From the NCBI GenBank assembly GCA_030248215.1, contig JASANG010003930.1, positions 372,001 through 436,000 on the forward strand: DNA of 64,000 nt, written 5' to 3'. Of this stretch, positions 51,831 through 64,000 are shown in pieces. Source of the stretch: Enoplolaimus lenunculus (Eukaryota). The notes under the pieces are model-generated. The model ran no database searches and was not told the DNA's origin. It saw only the letters and a program-made list of their open reading frames with translations. The stretch's first letter is position 1. Every line of letters starts with the position of its first letter. A program made the translations under genes and the position numbers.

Positions 51831-53865
51831 GCATGGGGGAAGCGTACGCGACGCTACTACGGTTTTTTGCTGTTCTTAAAGTGTATATACCTGCATAACT
51901 AAAGGTTCCAAGTCATTGAAAAATATATTATATTCGTGCTAGGGACAACCCATGTACGTACAGGGCGTATTAACTTTCAGTTGCGGTAAATATGTTTTGA
52001 AAAACAATTATGTTTAATTGTAATAAATAAGTTAATTATATTTATTAATGTTGAATTATAGGCAACATTAAATTGTAACGCATGACAAATCTGAGACTGG
52101 TACAGTAAGCAATATTTTTCAGCTAGAATTTTTATCACAAACAAATGCTTAATACACAATTACATACCTAATCGATAATTTGCGAAAAAATCTTTTAGCT
52201 TTTGATGTGATAAGCTTACAGCATTCATACGATCATAGCTTAAGTGTCATAGTTAAGTTTAACCCTGGGCAATTTTTTATCCTGCTGCATCTTTAACGGT
52301 ACTTTAATTAGGTATAAAAGTTTGAAAACCTTTCTCAGTCTAATATCTGTTAAGCATAACGCAAGCGTTTACATTCGCGGTATTATTCTTTAAACACTTG
52401 ACTCCAAGGTCGGATCATACGTGGCCTTGCCAACGTTAACAAGACACTAAACCAATATTATGTATTAAGATTTGCTATTAAAATTTTGTTGCATTCTGAA
52501 TCGCTTCGTTTGCAACGGTTGTTTTGGTTGGAACGTATTAGATCTACTCCCTATTAAAAATTTCTGACATCATAACTGTTTACGAAAACAAAACCGTACA
52601 GACGTTATTTAAGTAATGGTGTCACGGTTCTACGATTTTGACGGCCGTGATTTATCTACAGGGTGTTTATTAATATGATTTTCTGTATTTTGGACTGTTG
52701 TGTTTTTCAATTCTATGATGATGAGCTTGTGTCTTAACGAGTCCATTGCCAGACGGGGGTCCAGAAACACTAATAGCAGTTTGATTTGAAGACGTAAAAC
52801 AAATGTCTTTTTACTGCACATTTCTGTTAGATGCAACAAAATTTACTGCTATGTAAACATGGTGGTTACGATTGAGAAAATCGTCGGAACATCCGTTTGC
52901 ATAGGTTAATTCCGAAACGTAACTCTGCATCCACAACTGTTATTTTTTGCTTCTTTTATGTTTAGACATCCATGTTTTGATTTGCAAACCCTATTTGTCT
53001 GGTCAAACTTTTTGCTCGGAAGGTTCAATATGGCTTCACGTTTGTTATTAGTAGCAATACATATTTTTCAATCGATGTTGAGGTAGGCACGATAGTCAAA
53101 TTATTGTACTTTTGAGGCCTGTAGTTCGAGTGGGGCCACAAGGACGGGGGGCGATTTCAGCCCTCGTACGAAATTCAGCAATTTCTGCCTCGGTTGGAAG
53201 TCATTTAAAATAATTGTATTCTACTCTTGAAAGATATTTGCACCCTTTATCATGCTACACTGGTTGAGAGCCCGCTTGAGTTGCCGTTCGTTTTAATAGA
53301 AATATTTACGTAATTATACTAAAAATTGTCCTGGTATCGACTACGTTATGAATACCATAGCTGTAGGCTAAACCACACGTATATCTCTCGTTAACCCTTT
53401 GGTCATATATAGCTGAGCGGTTAGCGAACGAAATGTGGAAAAACTATTTTAAGTGGCAATATTCTCAGTTGTGTATAGTACCTATCATTTTGGTGGAAAA
53501 ACAAATTTTTCGGGATCGAAGCGATTGAGACAACATATTCAATTTTAGCACTAAACCTAAACAAAATTTCGGTCTTGATTTCTTGTGCTGGGGCTAGGAC
53601 TGAGGCGTCCTCTTGGATCCGTTAGCGGTGACAATATATGAATAGTAACGTGGACGGAAATTACTTTCAGTCGGATTTATCAGTGTGGTGTTATAATAAG
53701 CACGTTACCAGAACCAAACTCTTAGTTAATTACAGAAAAATGATAAAAATTACAGAATTAAACTGTGGAGTCTGTGCCACAACGACATTGGATTGCACTG
53801 TTGCAGTTGAAAAGTTTCAACTGGTTCATCTCTTTCTCGCATGCCGTATTCCGAGAATAACATGG

Positions 53866-56307
53866 TGGCTGGGTTTCTGACATCTTACTTAAGTATTTGC
53901 TAAAGTTATACTTAAGTAATTTACTTAAGTCGAATACTTAAGTAAATACTTAACTTTTTGAACAAAAACAGATAATGCGTCATCCACATTAATTTGCGCC
54001 CGGCTTGTGTAAATCAAAAACGCCTTTTTCCAACTTGAGTTTGGAAAAAGGGTAGCAGTGGGAAATTGAATTTGAAAACTTTTCCAATTTCCCTTTGCCG
54101 TCGGTTTTATAAAATCGAGTAGTAAATTGATAATGATTTATCAACTTCAATTTACAACTTACGAAAAAGAAAACCGTAGGTAAAGGAAATTGAAACATTT
54201 CGTAAATTCAATTTCCCGCTGCCCTGTTAAATTTTGTTATCATAAGGAAAATTGTCGACGTGACTAAATTTTAGCACGAAAAATAATATTTTTCCTTTTA
54301 TCAAATAGATGAGTAGTTTACACAATTTCGCTTGTGATATTTACTCCCAAAACTATAAAATTTAAACGGAAATATAGGTCAAATACGTAAGTGACCTTTC
54401 ACGGAAATATAGGTTGAAATACGTAAATGACCTTTCGTATTAAATGCGTGTTATTTTTAAGGAGTTATGCATTCTTTCAAGAGGAATGGGTGACCTCGGT
54501 CAAAAAAGCGAGACCAAGACCAAGACTTCTGGTCTCGGTTTCGATCAATTTTTAACCAAGCAAACTGATATGAGCATAAAAGGTACAATTCTAAACATCG
54601 TATTTGTTACGCCAGTACTGTAGTGACCCGAATAAGAGGGGTACCCATTTTAAGTCCCAATCAAAAGGAATCCGTATCCCTAATAAGAGTCCGTAAGCGC
54701 ATAGAGTCCCAAAACCCTAATAGAGTCGATAAATTTCAATTATTCTTTTGCCGGAAAATCAAACACTTTAACAACATATTACAGATCTTGGCTAAAATTT
54801 ACTAATTAATTGTCATTTTTTCTACCTAATTTCGCCTCCGGCTGCGGCAAGTTTCGTTGACCGGCTCCGACTCCGGTAATTTTCACCTCCGGCTGCACCC
54901 TGGGCCCTAGGCATAGGTTTATGCTTACGCTTGCAAAGGATTAGTGGGCAGATCTGGTTGCACCCTGGGCCATAGGTTTATTCTTACGCTTGCAAAGGAT
55001 TAGTGGACAGGTCATTATATACCAGTCGTAGTGGGACTACATTTATTGAGCGAAGGTCGAACGCACTTAGACTTTGGTTTAGAAATCTTATACTACTGTT
55101 ACGGCCCTGTTCTATACACTTGTCTAACATAAGCCGTACCATGAAACGGTTTTATAAAATCCGACATTTATTGCTCGACATTCAAGATTTTCGACTTAAT
55201 ACATGAAATGTAATCTATTATCGCAAAATTTTATTATTTGTTCGATATTTTACTAGAATTGCGACAAAATTAGCCAAGGCATTGAGTCATTGAAGAACTC
55301 AAAGAATTTAAAGTAAAATTGTGGCGTATTCGGATCACTACAGTAACTATTCAATGGTACTTTACTAAAGCTACGGTGGCTCTTCAGGGGCAAACACATG
55401 GTGAGGAGAGTTGCGTCTCCTATTGCGCCAGCAGTCCTATGGTGCTAAAAAGTATGGCCAATGCAACTTCTAGGGTTTTAACGTTAGATTAAGCATTTTC
55501 TTAAGTCTAAGCAAAAAGTCAGATCAAATTGACGTTCTATGGAACTCAAACAATTAAAATCCAAGTAAACACGTTGACCTGACATGTTTACATGTATTTT
55601 AATTGCATGACCAATATTTGACTTTCCACGACCCCCCAAGTAGCATTTCCGGTTTCCGGTTTTCTAAAATTTCAAATTCCAACTGCTATACAATTTACTT
55701 GCATCAAGTGGGAAATTGAAGCAAATTTCTGGTCTTCAATTTCCCACTGCGGTAAAGCACCACTTTTCAATTTCCTTTTCACTATCTTAAAAGTGCTTAT
55801 CAAATTTCCACTCGAGTATAAAAACTGTTTGAATTTCCCATTGCGGTCGTTATTTTCGCTATTGGGAAATTGAAATTCAAAATTGCTAGTCAAATTCCTA
55901 GTACGTTTTATAAAATGTTTCAATTTACCTATAGATCAAATTTCGTGTTTTCAATTTCCCACTGCTACCCTTTTTCCAAACTCAAGTTGGAAAAAGGCGT
56001 TCTTGATTTCCACAAACCGGGCGCAAATTAATGTGGATGACGCATAAAATGCCAACTATGAGACACTGTCATAACAAAATAGTAATAGTTCTGCTTTATA
56101 TTAAGAAGGCGCCATGAGTCTACAATTTCTGTTAGACCAAGGTTACTATGCGTGGGCTGCTAATCTGTAATATATCAAATTTAGCCGGCGGCTCAAGTAT
56201 TTACTTAACTTAAGTAACCTTTTAAAAACAACAAAATGGCTAAGTTATCGCTTAGCACGTACTTAAGTCCTAAGTCGTGCTTAGGTAGAGTTTTAGAAAC
56301 CCAGCCA
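53866..56307. mobile_element. ACTTAAGT-repeat MITE split by nested insertions
   Basis: TIR TGGCTGGGTTTCT / AGAAACCCAGCCA with ACTTAAGT repeats near both ends. Confidence 0.6.
53976..56044. mobile_element. PIF/Harbinger-like element with about 95-bp TIRs, containing further insertions
   Basis: 53976-54070 is a near-perfect inverted repeat of 55950-56044; TAA on both sides (53973-53975 and 56045-56047). Confidence 0.8.
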
Positions 56308-59300
56308 ATATAGCATATAAAGTGCGAGAGATTGCGCGTACAAAATTACGACAAGACAGGAGGGCCCTGGTGCTCGAGTGTCAAGCTGCTATACATTTAT
56401 GGCGATGGTAATCTGCGCCCATCCGTGAGATACTGATGTTTGAATCCTAGCTTTAAATTACATCACAGATAAAATAAAAAATATTCATTGGAGAATGAAT
56501 AAATGAAAATGGTTTTGTTATGTATAATAAGAGAGATATCTTTAGTACCAAAGTGACTAAATTCGGCAAACAACGTTTGATCAGATTCTATTGGGAATAA
56601 TGTGACACTGTCAACACTATTTGTCATTACAGATTACGTTTATTAAAAATCCAGAGGGAAAACTCGTGCAAACATTAACTTTGCCTACACAAACAAGTAA
56701 AAAGTTTGAAATATATATTGCGCTAGCAAGCGTAAACTTTATTATTTTTTAAAAAATGTTTAATTTTAGGGAAAACCTAACTTTTTAAAATACATTTAAA
56801 CCAACAGTTTTATGTGCTTTGGATGTTTTCGAACTTATCAGCTTCCAGTTAAAACTCTTTTTAACAACGATTTCCCTCAAGCGTTTAATCAATATGCCAA
56901 TCAAGAATCATGACAGTTCTTGAAATTATTTTTTGCTGTAGTATCAGCTAGGTATAGTTGAATTCGCTCAGTGAGAAACTTGTATACAGGGCCGTAGATA
57001 GGTGGCTAGAGATTTAGGTACCAGTATACTTGAAATATGTAGCCCTAGACAAAGTTCGACTTTTGTGCTGCCAGCAAATTTATATTGTGGGATTCTGAAT
57101 TGCTGTAATGGTGCTATTTACAAATTCGAAATATATTCATCGTGTAACTGAATACCTTTATCTACCATATTTCTACTTGTAATTCTGTGTGTTTAGGCTT
57201 ATCGATTCTAAAAATTAGCGTCAAATACAATTTACTTGTATTCTTTGCTTACTATATTTAGTAATTTGCCACTTTACTACTGACACTAGCTTTGCGTAGT
57301 GCAATTTAAAGTATTAATTTTTGGACAATAGCCTAACTATTGGAAATTGAATAGCGGCACCGCTAGCTAAAGTTAGCTAATTGAAATCTCAAAAAATACG
57401 CACGCCAGTATTGTGTCATTTCCACGCTTTCTACGACATATTTCAATTCCAACAAAATTAATTAGCTACGCTTTAAATGTGATATCTGTTCCATGTCATG
57501 ATCGAACAACGTGAACTGCTGCAATTGAATTATAAAAATGTGTCAAATGTTAATTTGAAGATATGAAATTATAATGAAATTCGTCGTCGACGACTCTTCA
57601 ATAAACTTCTAACATTTTCAATGAGCTTTTAACTCTGAAATTGTAAGGGTTGCGCTATACTCGCCGCGCGCCGCCGGACGCCAGAGCAAAAGCGTGGGTC
57701 AAAAATATGTCTTCTAGTCAAATTTTAATTTTTGAAACACTCGGTACTGTCTTTTTGAAGGCGAGGCCTTGAGGCCGCTATGTTGCTGGTTTTTATTACA
57801 TGCCACCCCTGTTTGTATATTATACTGCCACAGTTCTAGACAAAAGTTACAAGACTAAACGTGCTACAGAATTATTAGCGATAAAATTTCGCCAGAATTG
57901 TTAATCACCTATAAGTGAACTGATTCGGCTACGTTTATTTTAGTAACCTTAATTAAATATCAGTGTTTTGTTCAATAACAGATTAGCGATTTGTTTACAG
58001 AATTCGAAGCGACGAAACCATAATGCCTAATAGATTTTTAGAAATTTACAGATTTTTAACGCAATTTTTATATCTAAAAGGGCGAACTGTCAGAAACACA
58101 GTTATACAAGTTGTTCTGTGAGTGCGCTTAATCGGTTTGGTTTTCAGAACGCATTGTTGAGCCGACGAGTGCAGATTTAAAACTGTACGCTGTAACTGCA
58201 ATCCCAGTCCTTCAAAGAGTCTATGACCCATCGGCAAGTGTCAAATGAACTAAATTTTTTAAGAAAAATAGTGTTTTAAACTAAGCACTAGTTTCAGATG
58301 CTTTCAGCCTGCAATAACATATTACAGTAGCAATTCGCAAAACGCATCTAATAATTGATATGGCGCTTAAAACTGATTGTTCATTGGTGGATAGAGTTCT
58401 CTACCTTATAAGGTATATTATTCGTCATTGGCTAAAACGGTGTTTGTTGTCGCTGAAAACTCGTTTTAGTACGAAACGCAAGTCAAAGATTACACAAGAT
58501 TAATTAAGTCAGTGCTGAAGCATGTGTTCAAGCTAGCAAACTGTATCTGCCAGAATTAATTTTGAAACCTGAATTTTAAATGCGAAAGCTGAACAACGTC
58601 GAATTAAACGTGGGGGGCACAGGAGGCTTATGACCCGAGTCTGCAACAAAATAGCCCTCCCACCAGCCAAAAACCGATGAAATGTTTCAATGGATAACAA
58701 GCCATCAAAACCAATATCTGATTTTTGGGATGTACTGATTGCGTTCTTTGGCTCGGCTATGTAACGGGTGTGTAAAATAATTTACCAAACGATGCGAGAG
58801 TATTTCGAATTTATCTTGAACGGTTTCTATAAGGTTGGACCTGGCAGTTATGCTTATGCCAGTCTATCATTGGCGATCCTAAACTTATGGTAGTGTCGTG
58901 GAGATTTGCGTGGTCAGATAAGCTGTATTCGGGACAGGAACACTGCATACAGATCTTTGCTTGTACAATCGTTATACGTCATTACTGATCTATTTTAGAC
59001 TGCGTTTAATTAAGCAGCCAGGCAGCTTCTAACCAACTGCAAGCCGGTCCGCCGTACCACGGCTGGACTACACTGCCACAAATTTCGGGGCAACGAGACT
59101 CATATTCTCGCGCATTCCTGCTCTTAGATAAAACAATATGACATCAAGAATGCGTACCCAGAGTCATGCCTACAGTTTCCAACTAAGTGCAGTGGCGAGT
59201 GTTTTTTCTTAAAACTCAAATTCATTGAGAATCGAGTGCATTGAATCAGATATTCAGCGTGAAATGAACTCTGCGCCTCCCACCACCTTAATTGGGCCCT

Positions 59301-61274
59301 GAAGCTGAATTCGAACTGTGTTGACGGTAACAAATAACATACACCTGCGAAGGTTACAAAATGTTTCCCTGCAACGCTATAACATACTTACATGTATTCT
59401 GTCTTCGATAAATCCGGGCCGCCACTATAACTGGATGGAATAAGAATGCGACAAAACCGCCTAGTCGCATCTTCACCCCATTCGTTCGAATGTGGATCGA
59501 CAGCATTTAAAGAATTCTCAAACAGTTTCTCCTGTAATTTATTTATTCCTGGTTGGATGTCGACACATAACAATTTTAATTCAGTATTAAATTCTAATAA
59601 TTTTTTGGATAAAATTTTTTTAGCCTCAATATTTTTTCATGCAATTGGTTCCCCAATACTGAGTAAAACCGCAGTTGCTTCTCATGTGTACTACGAGCCG
59701 AAATGAATGTTGAAAACAACGGTGTGATATAATTTTCCATATATGTCTTTTACTTTGAGTATTTTACAATATTTTAAACAATTTTGGCTGAAGTTAAACT
59801 GAGTTTCACCTTTTACCAATCGTTTGTTATTCAACACTTTGAAAGCAACGATTATGTTGCATTTATTTTTCAATTATAAAGTGTCAAACACAACTTTCGC
59901 CGTGGGCGTTCTGAGAAAACAGGTGTAATTTGGAATTTTTATTATTTATAACGAGTCAAAATTGTATGTTTCAATTTTATACTAAAATATCAATATTAAG
60001 CTGGATACTTTACGGTTTTTACTTTAATGTTTTAACATCCTGACTAAACACCAGTGTTTATGTCTTTAAGATTGCGTTAACCGTGGTCTAATTCATAGAG
60101 CTGTCGAAAAAGGTGTTAAATTGCAAAATCTCATGAATACACGACAGTGTAAAATACTAACACAAGCAAGTTTTAGGTTGTACAGTACTTAAAAAACCAA
60201 AACCAAAGCGCAGTTGTTCCAACTGTTTCGCAAATAGGAACAAATACGAACAGACTTTTCAGTTCAGAAAACGGTTTAAGAGAGTTTAATCTGGTGATGT
60301 TTTCTAAAGCTAAACAAAGTATTCAAACACAATTATGCATTTGTTGTTGCGTATCGGTTAGGTCCACAACCAGGAATTGTTCTATGGCAAGAACATGTAT
60401 TGAGTGACAGAGTCTTTTTTACACATCAATGCTGATCAAAAACTTTTCAATTAGGGATGTGAAAATGTCGGTGGAAGATACGCGTGCCTTTGCGTTCGTG
60501 TTTTCCTTCGTCCTGGTAAAATGGTATCAATTGGCTGAAGCGTAAAGACTAACTGGAGTGTATTCTCAAATGCGGAATAGCAACTATCATCACTTATTGA
60601 TATTCAATTAAGCGAACAGTGATAGTGTTGTGAGTCTTAAATTCTTTTTTACAGACGTATAGTAAATTTAGTTCAAGCAATATGCAAAAATTTCAAACCT
60701 CACAATTTCATGGTTCAAAAGCTGCATTGAAAATAGGACACAAGATATCAGCTTAGAGTGATACTAAAGAACGTAGTTGATTAAAATGCGCGAAAACTTG
60801 AAATACGGCCACGACATACTTTCGCATAGCATTCCGCCAACAGCGACGACTTTTTTTATGAATTTCAGAATTGCAGCTATTACGCAGACTTAAACGCTGT
60901 CTAAATTGTATTACCATCAGCTAATTTAATTTAGTAAATAAAATTTCGCTTTTTATCACCGGGTATATCTATTGGTTGACTTTTATCAGCATGAATTTTA
61001 CATCAACTCGTGCTAAATTTGCTGCTCTGGTTGTCGCCGCGTTATGTTTGCTATTTCTCTGCGATGACGTCAGGTACGTACCGCAATTCCATAACTGGCT
61101 GTGGTGTCAGATCAAAGTATATTATTTATGTAACACCACTCGACTCATAATTTTCCAGTCTTTCACGCATGTGCAAATTTTACGTGTAAAACCATGTGAT
61201 ACATGCTTGTCCTAGTACATATGCCATACATGCAGTGTACAGAAAAATCTATGCTTACCAGCAGAATACGTGTC

Positions 61275-61471
61275 GGCCCATGTATAGAACAGGGCCGGAA
61301 CAGCAGTATAAGCATATTCCTAAGCCTAAACCAAAGCCTAAGCGTAAGCCTAAGCGTATAGATGAGCCTCTTCCTAAGCCTAAGCCTAAGCAAAAAAATT
61401 AGTCTAAAGGTTAAACTGACCATATTATTGCCCCTCCGGAAAAAGATCTGGCCCTGTTCTATACATGGGCC
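61275..61471 (+). mobile_element. Intact MITE with a telomere-like (GCCTAA)n core
   Basis: Perfect 22-bp TIR GGCCCATGTATAGAACAGGGCC / GGCCCTGTTCTATACATGGGCC; perfect 8-bp TSD TACGTGTC (61267-61274 and 61472-61479). Confidence 0.92.
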
Positions 61472-62039
61472 TACGTGTCGATTAATCGTGCAGTGCAGTT
61501 AACTGGTGGGCGGGGTGGCTTCAGTGAACATAGTACTAGAGCACCCGCTAAAGGTATTTTAGGTTTCATACAACAGTGACATCGACTGAAAAAACACGGG
61601 AGGAATTTCCCAGAAATACATAATCAGTTGCGACTTCAATGATGCCATTACGATTAAATCTAAACATTAAACACATTCAGGTCTTCTAATCTATTAAGAA
61701 AAGTATCTGTTACACAATGTGTGCATATATTATACTACTGTAAATCTGAAATCCTCACTGAGTTCAAGAAAATTGTACCATACGAAACAATGCACTTCTC
61801 GACAACTTGTGCAGGTGTAAAGAGAAACTTGAACGGTAAAATTTATTTGCAAGTATAACACATGTTGAGGACTTTGGTAGTGCTAATTCTTGCCTCGTTT
61901 AGTATTCTGGTATACAAGCGCTCAAGATATACTTATTGAAGCAGTGACACTGCAATTTACCAAAACATGCTAAAATATTGCAACAGTAGAATTAAGTGCA
62001 AGATATTATATTAAAAAAGAAGCGTAAAATGCAAAACTC

Positions 62040-62092
62040 CAACCCCCCAAGCCCAGCCCGCCCAGCCCCACCCCACCCCACCCCCCACCCCC

Positions 62093-62129
<37 letters not shown>

Positions 62130-62219
62130 CCCCCCACCCCCCCCCCCCCCCCCCCCCGCAATATAAAAAAAAAAAAAAAAAAAACATAAAAAAAAAAAAA
62201 CAAAAAAAAACAAAAAAAA

Positions 62220-62253
<34 letters not shown>

Positions 62254-62256
62254 ACA
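62040..62256. other. Poly-C followed by poly-A low-complexity tract, probably low-quality assembly
   Basis: About 120 nt nearly pure C, then about 95 nt nearly pure A. Confidence 0.65.
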
Positions 62257-63042
62257 ACTATATTATCTGTTTTATGTTCTGCATGTTGAAATAATATTCC
62301 TTTATATTGCAATTTCAGCGCATCGCCGACACATTTTGATCCACGTTTGGCAACCAAGTTACACGGAGGTTTCAGAAAGTAAGTCACTTAGCTGCCTGTA
62401 AGGTTTCTACTGATTTAGTTTTGTGCACTATTAACATTTGAAGCATGCGCACGGCTGCGGTTTGAATTGCTATTCCAATAAAGCTGCATTCTTAGAAAAA
62501 ATGTAATACAGATCTTGATAATATGTCAGTTAAGCCCTATTCATATGTGCACGTTTTTGCATTTAAAATTCGCAGCTGCAATTTGCACGAGTTCCTGCAG
62601 CTGCAATTATTTTTTCATTATGAATCTTAACATAAGTTAACGCGAATAATTTGCACTGCAATAAATTTCAAATATAAGCTAAAAACATCCGCTCAGCAAA
62701 TGATAAATAATTCGACTTGCAAGGCTATTCATACCTATGAATTAATTCTTGGCATATATTCATCATGAACAAATTGCAGCTACAGCTTCTCCGAAGGAAT
62801 TTTTGAAAAAGTTGCAGCGGCAAGTTTCAGCTACAAGAAACATTTAGGCGCAACGAAGGTTGTGTTCAAAATTTCTTAACTTGAAAACATTTTTATTCCG
62901 ATACGGTTTCTATTTAGTGTCTTAAAAGTTACAATCGCCTTAGACTGCGAAATATTAAACAAGTTTGCTATTTGTATTTGGTTCGTTCAGCTTTGAGCAA
63001 CATAAAATCCGACTGACCAATCAAAATGCAAATGCAAGAAAC

Positions 63043-63470
63043 CAGGGTTCCATCGGAATTCCGATTCCGGTAAAATTGCGGCAACATTTGACTTCCGATT
63101 CCGATTCCGGCTGCCTGCTGTTCCGATGCCGGAATTCCGATTGTTCGGTTATAGTTTTTAAGATGATTGAACTTAGATTTTGCATGTTTCGTTTTGTTTC
63201 GTGCATTTTCTATTATTCTGTTGGGTTTTTCGTAGTAAATATTCCGAATTGTTCCGTGTATTCCGTCAGCTATATAAACAATTTTTGCTGAAACAGTGAA
63301 CTGTAACGGAAACAGGCATACTGCAACAGAAAAAGTCATACACTTTTAAATTTTTAATTGAATTACTAAAACTTGAATTTCATTCCGTTTCCGATTCCGG
63401 TTCCAACAGAAAAATTTGATTCAGATTCCAATTCCGCTTCTGCCAAAATCTTGTTCCGGTTGGAACCCTG
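63043..63470. mobile_element. hAT-like MITE
   Basis: Ends CAGGGTTCCA / TGGAACCCTG; perfect 8-bp TSD CAAGAAAC (63035-63042 and 63471-63478); TTCCGA/TTCCGG subterminal repeats. Confidence 0.88.
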
Positions 63471-64000
63471 CAAGAAACTCAAGCGACTTACATCCGTGTT
63501 CATACGTGCGAATTAAATTTAATAGCATGAATTTTAATGAATTATTTGAAGCTACAAAAATTTCAAAGCTATTTTGTGACAAGACTTGCTCGTGCAAGTT
63601 GCATGTGCAAGATTTTACTGCAGAAACTTACACGTGTGAATACAAACTTGCGAGAACTTTTTAGTCCCTCATACTACTGCTCACTTGATACTAGGCAAAT
63701 GTTTCCTCGCACACTGCTGTTTATTATTGTCCGAAGCCTAAGCCTAGTTTTTTAAATGCCGTCATTAACTATATAGGAGAATTTTTGTGTGAGGGCGAAG
63801 CAAACAAGAGCCGACTGATGTACTTCCACAAAAGAGAAAAGGTTCAACATTATCGTTGCTTCACTGCAAGCTATTGATATAATCACGCAATAGAAGTCGG
63901 AAGTTGTCGCAGAGATCCAGGTGGTATATATGTGGTGTCTCATGATGCTGACCGGGAAGGTTAACAGTCACGAAAATATACTTTGGAATATTATGCATGT

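Noticed and set aside
61163..61423. KPKPK-rich and LRLRL-rich ORFs
   Set aside because: They are translations of the GCCTAA repeats in the MITE.
61992..62387. Phe/Gly-rich ORFs
   Set aside because: Products of the poly-A and poly-C tracts.

Overview
Eukaryotic, AT-rich genomic DNA, probably from a nematode (inferred from TTAGGC-type repeats and TTTTCAG/TTTTAG acceptors). I can support three protein-coding genes, all on the minus strand: an intronless Integrator endonuclease INTS11 (1517-3319), a 24-exon Drosha that I reconstructed by hand in one continuous frame (24782 to 5956, 2312 aa), and an intronless F-box/LRR-like gene (30765-32129). The most unusual feature is Drosha. Its catalytic core and dsRBD are intact and its N-terminus is short and acidic. 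The last exon, however, runs about 1,280 codons past the usual end, giving a low-complexity tail with Pro-rich, then RS-like, then polyQ/H and acidic segments. One intron next to the RIIIDa catalytic Glu needs a GC donor. Upstream of Drosha lie degenerate tRNA-like repeats, one family followed by a possible 5S-rRNA-derived segment. The rest is non-autonomous DNA transposons (hAT-like and PIF/Harbinger-like MITEs, and a family carrying telomere-like repeats), often nested, plus two low-complexity tracts that look like assembly artefacts. All calls were made by eye; no searches were run.
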